DNA of 64,000 nucleotides from Gemmatimonadota bacterium (GTDB taxonomy: Bacteria; Gemmatimonadota; Gemmatimonadetes; Gemmatimonadales; GWC2-71-9), in contig QHUY01000015.1 in the NCBI GenBank assembly GCA_003223415.1, forward strand, positions 109,819 to 173,818. The letters run 5' to 3'. The first letter of the stretch is position 1. Each line of letters starts with the position of its first letter. Below are positions 9,844 through 20,369 of this stretch, one piece after another. The notes under the pieces were generated by a model, which had not been told where the DNA came from, ran no database searches, and saw only the letters and a program-made list of their open reading frames with translations. The position numbers and the translations under genes were made by a program.

Positions 9844-10781
9844 CCGGAGCCTTCGTTCTCGAAGAGCGCGGGGTCCACGTTGCCGCCGCTCACGATCAGG
9901 ACGACCGGGCGCGGCGGGTCCACGGCGCCGCTGCGCAGCGCAGCGGTCGTGGCCGCGCCGGACGGCTCGACGGTGAGGTCGCAGCAGCGGTGTAGAAAAT
10001 GCACCGCGTCGCGGATGCTGTCATCATCCACCAGGACCACGCCGCCGACGCGGTCGCGGTGGGCCTGCAGGACGGCGAACGGGATCGCGCCGACGGTGAG
10101 GGTGATGAGTCCGTCGGCGATGCTGGCCGTGCGCTCGAGGCGCGCCGGCGCCCCGGCCTCCAGCGAGCGCTTGAGTTTGGGCGCGCCCACCGGCTCGACG
10201 CCCCACACCATGGCGGTGCTGCCCACGACCGCCAGGCCCTGCACCACACCCGAGATCAACCCGCCGCCGCCGACCGGCGCGACCACGGCGCGGACGTCGG
10301 GCAACTCCTCGGCGATCTCCAGCCCCACCGTCGCCTGGCCGGCCACGATGTCCCAGTGGTCGAACGGCGGCACGATCGCCAGGCCCTCGTCGGCCGCGAT
10401 TTCCTCCGCCTTGCGCTGCCGGTCCTCCGAGGTCCGGCCGGCGAACACCACTTCGCCGCCCCACTTCTTCACGCCCTCGACCTTGATCGCCGGCGCGGTC
10501 TCGGGCATCACCACCACCGTGCGCACGCCGAAGGCCTGGCCCGCGAAAGCGAGGGCCTGTCCGTGGTTGCCGCTCGAGTAGGTGATCACCCCGCGCTTGC
10601 GCACCGCGAACGGCAGCCGGCGCACGGCGTTGTACGCTCCGCGGATCTTGAACGCGCCCACGGGCTGGAGGTTCTCGAGCTTGAGCCAGGCGTCGAGCGC
10701 CGGCACGTAGCGCAGGGGCGTCCGCACGACAACGCCGCGCAGCCCCTCGGCCGCCGCCCATACCTCCGCCGCCGTGAGCAC
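9840..10781 (-). CDS. threonine/serine dehydratase (PLP fold type II)
   Basis: FKIRGAYN (PLP lysine) and SSGNHGQALA. GTG start 1 nt after the gyrA stop. Overlaps the downstream gene by 4 nt. Confidence 0.8.
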   Translation of the reverse strand: MLTAAEVWAAAEGLRGVVVRTPLRYVPALDAWLKLENLQPVGAFKIRGAYNAVRRLPFAVRKRGVITYSSGNHGQALAFAGQAFGVRTVVVMPETAPAIKVEGVKKWGGEVVFAGRTSEDRQRKAEEIAADEGLAIVPPFDHWDIVAGQATVGLEIAEELPDVRAVVAPVGGGGLISGVVQGLAVVGSTAMVWGVEPVGAPKLKRSLEAGAPARLERTASIADGLITLTVGAIPFAVLQAHRDRVGGVVLVDDDSIRDAVHFLHRCCDLTVEPSGAATTAALRSGAVDPPRPVVLIVSGGNVDPALFENEGSG

Positions 10782-10782
10782 G

Positions 10783-13323
<2,541 letters not shown>

Positions 13324-13331
13324 GAACTCGT

Positions 13332-13481
13332 CGGTCGGTCGGACGGTCGGACGGGACAGGAATGGGCTAAGTTACTAAAACATAAATACTTAGCGCGTGA
13401 AAAGCAACGGAAAACAGCACCCTAACCTGGGGCACCGATGAGACTTACCGACGGGGCACCGTCCGACCGTCCGACCGTCCG
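13332..13481. repeat. inverted repeat pair (17 bp perfect, about 23 bp with 1 mismatch) flanking the AT-rich gyrA upstream region
   Basis: 13338-13354 gtcggacggtcggacgg is the exact reverse complement of 13459-13475 ccgtccgaccgtccgac. The arms are built from tandem cggacggt-type units. The core 13355-13430 is strongly AT-enriched. Confidence 0.8.
13379..13407 (-). promoter_or_regulatory. candidate sigma70-type promoter for gyrA
   Basis: On the minus strand: TTGCTT (13407-13402), a 17 nt spacer, then TATGTT (13384-13379), about 55 nt upstream of the gyrA ATG. Confidence 0.3.
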
Positions 13482-14484
13482 TCAGGCCGACTGTCCGACG
13501 TTGACCACCACCTTTCCCAACTGCTCCCCGCGCTCGAGGTACTGGTACGCCGCTCGCGCCTCGGCGAGCGGAAATACACGATCCACGATGGGCCGCAGCT
13601 CCCCGCCGCCGAGCCGCCGCACGATCTCCGCGTACTCCGCATCATTCCCCATCGTGGAGCCGAGGATGGTGTATTGACGCCAGAAGAGGGGGCGCACGTC
13701 GGTGACCAGCTTCGGTCCGCTAGTACCGCCGCAGGTCACCACGCGGCCCCCCTTGGCGAGACAGCGGAGCGATTCCTCCCAGGTCTTCTCGCCCACGTTC
13801 TCGATCACAACATCCACGCCGCGCTTGGCCGTGAGGGCGCGCACTTCCTTGGCGATCGGCTGCGTCCGGTGATTCAGGACGTGATCGGTGCCGAGCTCGC
13901 GCGCCCGGGCGAGCTTGGCGTCGCTCGAGGACGTCGCGATCACCGTCGCGCCGAGGAGCTTGGCGATGCGCAGCGCCGCGAGGGACACCCCACCGCCGAT
14001 CCCCCAGACGAGCACCCACTCCCCCGCCCGCACCAGCGCCCGCGTCACGACCATGCGCCAGGCGGTCAGGGTCACGAGGGTGAACGCCGCCGCCTCGACC
14101 CAGGAGAGCGCGGGAGTCACCTCTGGGATCCGCGCGACGTTGAACGCGGGGATGGTGACGAATTCAGCGAATGTGCCCGGCAGGTGCTCGCCCAACATGC
14201 GGTACTTCACGCACAAGGAGTGCTCGCCCTTGCGGCAAAACTCGCATTCCCGGCAGGAGACGCCGGGGTTGATCATCACCCGGTCTCCCGGCCGCGCCCG
14301 CGTCACGCCCGGGCCGATCGCCTCGACCACACCCGCCCCGTCCGCTCCCACAATCTTGGGGAACGCGTATTCCAGCCCGGATCGCCACGCGCACTTCCCC
14401 CGGCCCGGGATCGCGGGCCTTGGGCACGTCCGTTAGCGCGAGATGGTCGAGCTTGCCGGTGGCGGTGAGCACGCACGCTTTCAT
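13482..14484 (-). pseudogene. zinc-type alcohol dehydrogenase/quinone oxidoreductase (MDR family) disrupted by an internal deletion plus frameshift
   Basis: The N-terminus MKACVLTATGKLDHLALTDVPKARDPGPGEVRVAIRAG (start 14484) is in one frame. The remainder, (LEYA)FPKIVGADGAGVVEAIG...GKVVVNVGQSA (13482..14351), is in another frame. About 16 residues normally found between these segments are missing. Confidence 0.6.
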
Positions 14485-14524
14485 GGACACCCGGAGAACG
14501 GACGACGGTAAACGGACAACGTCG

Positions 14525-16813
14525 TTACGGCAGCGGCAGGAACGTCGGCGTCGCCATCTGTTCGGCGCCGGTCGTAGGCATGGGCACCGGCGTGCCGGAC
14601 CCGACCGGCTGGATATAGACCTTGTACAGCGGGTTACGGCGGTTCTCGGGCTGTGCGTTGACGACCAGGGCGAGCAGCTCACCTCCCGGGGAAATAGCGT
14701 AGCCGGTGATGGCGAGGTCCGTCCCGGTGAGCGGCGTGGTGGTGCCCGTGGCAAGGTCCGCCTTGATCACTTGCTGTACCGTGCGCCCGTTTTCCGGACG
14801 CTCCACCAGATAGGCGAGCGACCCGTCCCTGAGGAAATGGGGTTCGCTCTCGCGCCACTGCGGGCTGCGGGTGAAGGCCCGCTGGTTCGACCCGTCGCGC
14901 GACATGAGCCAGATGTCGTAGTTCTTGTTGCGCAGCGACACGTACGCGATAATGCCGCCGTCGGGGGAGACGGTGGGCGCAAAGCTCAGCGAGTCGGTGG
15001 TGAGTTGTTTCAAGCCCGTCCCGTCCAGGTTGACCATCCAGATCTGCTGCTTGCCGGTGCGCTGGGAGGCGAACACGATCGCCTCCCCGTCGGCCGTGAA
15101 CACCGGCCGCGCGTCGGGCTGGGGGTCGCTCGTCAGGCGGGTGACATTCGTGCCGTCCGCTTCCATCACGTAGATGTGCGGGATGCCGTCGCGCGTGGAG
15201 ACGAACGCGATACGCGAGCCATCCGGCGAGACTGCAGGGTCGACGGCCTGCGCCGTATCGACCGAGACCTTGCGCAGCTGGGCCAGGTTCGAGCGATCGG
15301 CAGCGTAGAGCTGGAACTTCCCACTGCGATTGCTGGCGACGATGATCTCCCCCTGCACAATGACGTCGGCCGTGGCGGTCTTCCCGCCCGGCGCGGTGGC
15401 CGTGATCCTTGCCCGGCCGTAGCCCGCCGCCGACACGCCGCCATCCTCGCCTACCGTAGCGACCTGGGGGTTGTCCGAGGTCCAGGTGATACCACTCGCC
15501 GGGCCCAGCACTCCCCCCGCGTCGTCGGCGAAGGTCGCCTTGATGGTCATGTGAGCGCCCTGCGGGAGCCCGAGGCGCGTGACGCCGAGCTTCACGGCGC
15601 CGGCGATCACGTTCACGTTCCACGTCACCGCAGGGGCTCCGCCGGGACCGCGCACGGTCACCTGCGTGCGTCCCAACCGCTTCCCAGTCAGCGTTCCGGT
15701 GGCGACCTCGAGGCCCACGATGGTGGTGTCCGCGACGCTCCAGCGCAGGGGCGCCTCGGGGATCGGCATCGTGTCGGCGGCTAGCGCTTGCGCTGTGAAT
15801 TTCGTTGTCGAGGTGACAGGCACCTGCACATCCACGCTCGAGCGCGGCCGCACCGCCAGGTACTGCACCACCCGGTGGACCAGGACCTCCATGGTCTTCA
15901 TCTGGAGCAGCCCGGTCACGGTGAGCGTGGCCTTGCCGGCGCTCACCGCCCGCACCAAGCCCAGCATGTTCACCTGCGCCACGCTCGGATCGCTCGACGA
16001 CCATTGCAGCGCCAACGGGTTCACCTGCCGCCCGTTCTGCGACGGGACGATCACGCGCAGCGTGTCCACATCGCCGGGAGACAGTCGTATGGGGTTCGTC
16101 GCCTGGATCGCGGCGTCGGCGGACGCGACGACGACGGGCGCGGTAGCGGTGAGCCCGCCGGGGCCGGTGACCTGGAGCGTGCCCTGCCCGGGCGCCAGCG
16201 CGACCACGTTCCCGTTCTGGTCGACGCCCGCGATGTCCTCCCGCAGCGATTTCCAGGCGACGCGCACTGGCGCGGCGGGCGAACCATCCTCCCGCAGCGC
16301 GCGCGGCAAGACGCGCGTGTTCTCGGAGGGGAGGAGATAGATGGCGGGCGGATCGATCCGTAGCGCCGCTGCGGGCCCCACGCCGGCCGGCTGACCGGCT
16401 AAGGGATCCAGCGCCGCGCTCGGCTCGGCCGCGGCGGGCTGACCGGCGGGGGGCTGGGCCCCTGGCTCCGTGCGCGGCGCCACCGGGGGCGCACCGCCAC
16501 CCACCACTTGCACGACCGCCTGCCCCTTGCGGGAGCCCGCGCGCGCTTCGACGATCGCCACTCCATTGGCGACGCCCGTGACGGTGCCGTTGTTGTCCAC
16601 CCGTGCAACCACAACGTTGTTGGACCCCCAGTTGAATCGCACCGTGGGGATGACGTTTCCGGCGCGGTCGAACGCGGTGGCCAGCAGCCCGGTGCGCTCG
16701 CCTGCCTTGATCGTTACGGTGGGCGGCGCTACCTGGACTTCGGCAACGTTCTGGGCGAGGGCCGCGGCCGGGAGGCTCAGGAGAACCAGCGCCGTGCAGC
16801 TACGGGGGGTCAT
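14525..16813 (-). CDS. secreted protein with multiple Big_2 (bacterial Ig-like) domains and a C-terminal TolB/PD40-type beta-propeller
   Basis: Signal peptide ending ALAQ. Repeated approx. 90-aa Ig-like units (VTVSP..., LQVTGPGGLTATAPVVV). C-terminus with repeated SPDG..IAFVS / DG..L.F motifs. Confidence 0.7.
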   Translation of the reverse strand: MTPRSCTALVLLSLPAAALAQNVAEVQVAPPTVTIKAGERTGLLATAFDRAGNVIPTVRFNWGSNNVVVARVDNNGTVTGVANGVAIVEARAGSRKGQAVVQVVGGGAPPVAPRTEPGAQPPAGQPAAAEPSAALDPLAGQPAGVGPAAALRIDPPAIYLLPSENTRVLPRALREDGSPAAPVRVAWKSLREDIAGVDQNGNVVALAPGQGTLQVTGPGGLTATAPVVVASADAAIQATNPIRLSPGDVDTLRVIVPSQNGRQVNPLALQWSSSDPSVAQVNMLGLVRAVSAGKATLTVTGLLQMKTMEVLVHRVVQYLAVRPRSSVDVQVPVTSTTKFTAQALAADTMPIPEAPLRWSVADTTIVGLEVATGTLTGKRLGRTQVTVRGPGGAPAVTWNVNVIAGAVKLGVTRLGLPQGAHMTIKATFADDAGGVLGPASGITWTSDNPQVATVGEDGGVSAAGYGRARITATAPGGKTATADVIVQGEIIVASNRSGKFQLYAADRSNLAQLRKVSVDTAQAVDPAVSPDGSRIAFVSTRDGIPHIYVMEADGTNVTRLTSDPQPDARPVFTADGEAIVFASQRTGKQQIWMVNLDGTGLKQLTTDSLSFAPTVSPDGGIIAYVSLRNKNYDIWLMSRDGSNQRAFTRSPQWRESEPHFLRDGSLAYLVERPENGRTVQQVIKADLATGTTTPLTGTDLAITGYAISPGGELLALVVNAQPENRRNPLYKVYIQPVGSGTPVPMPTTGAEQMATPTFLPLP

Positions 16814-16861
16814 GGCACCGCGAACCTAAGTCGGCCTAAGTGTCGTTGTCAAGCAAACTTG

Positions 16862-19480
16862 TCACGGTTGCGCCGTGACGCGGACTGCGCGGGCCGCGTA
16901 GCCGTCGAGCCGGGAGCCTCCCGCTGGAAAGCTCACCGTCACCACCTTGACGCCGACGGGCGTCCGCACCTCCAGGTGGTAGGTCCGATCGGCCAACCCC
17001 TCGAGCTGCAGCTCGAGTGTGTCGCCGAGGAGGCGCTGCGTGAGGAGCTTCAGCGCGCTCGAGCGCTCGCCGCGCGCCGGCGTGGGCGGGTCGAGCAGCA
17101 CTTCCCAACCGGGCGCATACCGGACTTGGACCTCCAGGCGATCGGCGAGCGGCAGCCGGCAGTCGACGTGGACGTCGGCACCCGTCGGACGGCTCGCGCA
17201 CACGACGGGTCGGCCGTCGGCCGTCACACTCTGCAGTGTCGCGCCCAGCGGCAGCGCCGGGCTGAAGAGCAGGGTGTCCACACCGCGGCCCGCCGTGCGA
17301 ACGAGCATGGCGGTGAGCGATTCGCGGGCGCGGACGATCCGCAATCGGTAGCGCCCCGTGCCGACCGGCAACCGCTCTACGGCGGCCGAATCCCAGCGCG
17401 CGGGCAGGTGAGGCGCGAGCCGGACCCGGTCGTTCGGCGCGTCCCCCTCCCAGCCCAGCAGCCCGCGCACGAGCGAGGTGAGCAGCATCGAGGTCGCGAA
17501 GAACTGTTGCGGCACGGCGGTCTCGAGCGGCTCGTAGAAGCTCCCGGAGAACACCTCGGGATTGTCTCCCAGTCCCCACAGGAACGTCGTGCGGGCGATG
17601 GCGTCGGTCGCGGCGTAGCCCATCGCGTCGTTGTGGTAGCGAAACAGCCCCAGCGCCTCGAACCCCGTCACGAACGGCCACACGGTGCCGTTGTTGTAGT
17701 GCAGCGGGTCGAACAGCCCGGAAGCGGGTGCGAGCGTGCGCGCGCCCCAGTCGGTGGTGATTCCCGCTCCGGCCAGCGACGCGGCGGTCGCCTGGCCGCG
17801 CTCCTCGTCGAACAGCCCGAAGGCGAGTCCGGTCGCCGGCCAGACCGTCAGCTCGTTGGAGAGCTTACCTCCCTCGAGGAGCGCGAACGCGTAGCGGCGC
17901 TCCGCAGGGAGCCACAGCTTCTCACGCAGCGTGGCGAGCGCGTGGTCGTGGAGGCGGCGCGCCTCGGCTGCAAGCTTCCGCTCTCCGCCACCCATCGCGT
18001 CGGCCATGTGCGGCAGCACTTCCAGCGCCTTCACCCACACGGCCGACATGTATACGTCCGACTGCAGCCCCTGCTGCAGGTCGCCGACCTCGATGGCGCC
18101 GGCCCCCGCTCTCGCGTTGTCCATCAGGCCGTCGCCGTCGGCATCGGTGGCCTTCGCCCAGTCGTAGGCGCGACGGATGTTGGGCCAGAGCCGGCGGATC
18201 GTCGCCGTGTCCCCCGAGGCCTGCCAGTACTCGGCGAGCGCGAGGATCCAGAAGGGCGTCGTGTCACCATGGTAAAAGGCGTACGGGAAGTCCTCGAACC
18301 ACCGGATGCGCGCGGCGCCATGGGAGATCTCGTGCGGGATCTTGCCCAGGTTGGGCGCCTTCTTGCCCTGGTAGGTCGCGAAGAAGGCAAGCCCATCGCG
18401 CGCCACGCCCCACAGTCCGACCGAGCTCATGGCGAACGAGTTGATCGAGGCGTCGCCGCCGAAGTACCACGCAAATCCCGGCCGGGTGCTGGTCGGGCCG
18501 GAAGGGCCGTACCCCGCGACCAGCCCACACCCCAGGTCCGGGTTGCAGGCGAGCGCCTCGTCGAGGTTCAGCTCGGCCCAGCGCACCGCGCGGTCCAGCA
18601 CCGAATCGGGCGAGTCGAGCACCAGCGTGGAGTCGAGCAGCGCCTGCGCGTGGGCCGCGCGGGCCGCGTACAGCGCCTCGGCGGTACGCAGCACCCGCCG
18701 GTAGATCGCCCGTACGGTATCCCGCGGCGCGACCGCTCCCACAATCACGATCGGAATCCCCGCCCCCCCGGCGTGCGCGTCGGTCAACCGGCCGGCCGGC
18801 TCACCCGGCTTCGGCATGGCTATGGCCATTTGGTCCGCTCCCCCAGCGGCGATGTGCAGCTCGCTCGGGGCGTCCGCCAACATGTGCGAGGGATTGTTGG
18901 TCGCCCAGGTGGCCGAAGGAGAACCGAAGAAGCCGTTCACCTGGCCGCGGCTCTCCGAGAGCACAAAGGCCTTCTCTCTGTCGTCCCAAAAGACGTACTG
19001 GCCCCCCAGGCCGGCCGGCCAGGCGTACTGCAGATCGGGGCGGAACCGCGCTAGGATCTCCAGGGGCCGGACCGCGTCCACTTCCAGAACCGCCACGACC
19101 GCCGGCTCGTTCAGGGGGGCGAACAGCCGTTCAGTGACTGTGAACGCGGGGTGGACGTAGACGATGGTCGCCCCGGCGGGGGTCACCTCCACCCGGCGCG
19201 CGATGTCCCGGCCGAGCACGGGTGCGTCGTACAGCGGGGTCTTGAACTCAAGCTCGAAGGCGTGGAGCAGCTTCAGCGGCCAGGCCCAGGCCTCGAAAGT
19301 GCCGGTCTCCGTGCCGATCAGGGCGGCCCGGCGGCCAACGACACTGAGGTAGCCTGAAGGTCGGGCGGGCCCGCTGAGGTCGGCCCCGAACCTCCGCCAC
19401 GCCAGCGATACTGGGCGCGGCGCTTCCTGGGCGGCCAGGAGCGTCGACGCCAACATGAGGGCGCAGCACAGGTTGCGCAT
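16862..19480 (-). CDS. secreted (alpha/alpha)6-barrel glycoside hydrolase-like protein (amylo-alpha-1,6-glucosidase/GH15/GH63-like)
   Basis: Start MRNLCCALMLASTLLAAQ at 19480. Central region RPGFAWYFGGDASINSFAM...GKIPHEISH resembles six-hairpin glycosidases. The family assignment is tentative. Confidence 0.5.
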   Translation of the reverse strand: MRNLCCALMLASTLLAAQEAPRPVSLAWRRFGADLSGPARPSGYLSVVGRRAALIGTETGTFEAWAWPLKLLHAFELEFKTPLYDAPVLGRDIARRVEVTPAGATIVYVHPAFTVTERLFAPLNEPAVVAVLEVDAVRPLEILARFRPDLQYAWPAGLGGQYVFWDDREKAFVLSESRGQVNGFFGSPSATWATNNPSHMLADAPSELHIAAGGADQMAIAMPKPGEPAGRLTDAHAGGAGIPIVIVGAVAPRDTVRAIYRRVLRTAEALYAARAAHAQALLDSTLVLDSPDSVLDRAVRWAELNLDEALACNPDLGCGLVAGYGPSGPTSTRPGFAWYFGGDASINSFAMSSVGLWGVARDGLAFFATYQGKKAPNLGKIPHEISHGAARIRWFEDFPYAFYHGDTTPFWILALAEYWQASGDTATIRRLWPNIRRAYDWAKATDADGDGLMDNARAGAGAIEVGDLQQGLQSDVYMSAVWVKALEVLPHMADAMGGGERKLAAEARRLHDHALATLREKLWLPAERRYAFALLEGGKLSNELTVWPATGLAFGLFDEERGQATAASLAGAGITTDWGARTLAPASGLFDPLHYNNGTVWPFVTGFEALGLFRYHNDAMGYAATDAIARTTFLWGLGDNPEVFSGSFYEPLETAVPQQFFATSMLLTSLVRGLLGWEGDAPNDRVRLAPHLPARWDSAAVERLPVGTGRYRLRIVRARESLTAMLVRTAGRGVDTLLFSPALPLGATLQSVTADGRPVVCASRPTGADVHVDCRLPLADRLEVQVRYAPGWEVLLDPPTPARGERSSALKLLTQRLLGDTLELQLEGLADRTYHLEVRTPVGVKVVTVSFPAGGSRLDGYAARAVRVTAQP

Positions 19481-19553
19481 GTCACTTGCGGGGTGAGGTA
19501 GGCCGGGTAAGCTATAGGCCACGCCCTGACCCTACCAGCGGAGGAGAGATCCG

Positions 19554-19826
19554 ATGGTTCTGAATCTGGATGTCACCGAGAGCGGCTGGACCGGCCCCGG
19601 GATGATGGAACCGATGTTCCCGTCGGCTCCCCCGGCGCCGCCGATGCCCGCCCCGATGGGCGCTCCGGAGCCGAAGCGGGCACCGGCGCCTAAGCCGAAG
19701 AAGAAGGCTCGCCGGCAGAAGGCCAAGAGGAAGGTGGCGAAGAGAAAGGCCAAGAGGAGCCGCCCCAAGGCCAGGAAAAAGGCGAGCAAAAAGAGGAAGG
19801 CCACCCGCCGGAGGCGGCGGCGGTAG
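19554..19826 (+). CDS. small protein with a Pro-rich centre and an extremely basic Lys/Arg tail
   Basis: GGAGGAG Shine-Dalgarno 7 nt upstream of the ATG and high GC3. C-terminus KKKARRQKAKRKVAKRKAKRSRPKARKKASKKRKATRRRRRR. Confidence 0.5.
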   Translation: MVLNLDVTESGWTGPGMMEPMFPSAPPAPPMPAPMGAPEPKRAPAPKPKKKARRQKAKRKVAKRKAKRSRPKARKKASKKRKATRRRRRR

Positions 19827-19880
19827 GCCGCCGGCGCGGTTCAGCACACGTCGACGGCACACCGCGGGAGCGCTCACCGG

Positions 19881-20369
19881 ATGGCGTCCGCCATCACCTC
19901 GAGGCGCTCCCGCGTGGTGCGTAGTGCGCGGTGTGCGCTGCTGGCCGGGCTCGCCGCCTGCTCGGCCCCGCACGTCCCGCTGGGGAATCCCCAGGTGGAG
20001 ATCGAGGTGATGCTGCGCCGCTCCGCCGCCGACTGGAACCGCGGCGACCTGGCCGGCTTCATGAGCGACTACGCTCGCGATTCCCTCACCAGCTACGTGT
20101 CGGGGGGCCACGCCCAATACGGCTGGCAGAAGCTGGCCGACCGCTACCGCGCCAACTACTTCGCTCCCGGCAAGTCGCGCGACTCGCTCACCTTCGAGGA
20201 GGTCCGGGTGCGGCCCCTCACGATGGACCTCGCGTATGCAACCGCGCGCTTCCTGCTGCACCGGGGCGATTCCCTGGTCGCGAGCGGGCCCTTCACCCTG
20301 ATCCTGCAGAAGCGGGGCGAACGCTGGCAGATCCTCCACGACCACACGTCCCCGGATCCCAAGCCATGA
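19881..20369 (+). CDS. lipoprotein, SnoaL/DUF4440-like (NTF2 fold)
   Basis: Lipobox LLAGLAAC. ADWNRGDLAGFMSDY...W(Q)ILHDHTS is typical of the DUF4440/SnoaL-like fold. ATGA overlap with the next gene. Confidence 0.6.
   Translation: MASAITSRRSRVVRSARCALLAGLAACSAPHVPLGNPQVEIEVMLRRSAADWNRGDLAGFMSDYARDSLTSYVSGGHAQYGWQKLADRYRANYFAPGKSRDSLTFEEVRVRPLTMDLAYATARFLLHRGDSLVASGPFTLILQKRGERWQILHDHTSPDPKP

Noticed and set aside
8302-10581. Very long ORFs on the strand opposite to well-supported genes: 8302..10581 (+), 10774..13425 (+), 16508..19054 (+), 50743..54150 (+), 30032..32035 (-), 45988..47937 (-), 43759..45234 (-), 60020..61504 (-) and 40831..42549 (-).
   Set aside because: These are shadow ORFs typical of 70% GC DNA. 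Their translations are Arg/Gly/Ala/Pro/His-rich low-complexity sequence with no recognisable motifs. Each lies antisense to a gene with unambiguous family signatures (gyrA, gltB, fdnG, kinases and others).
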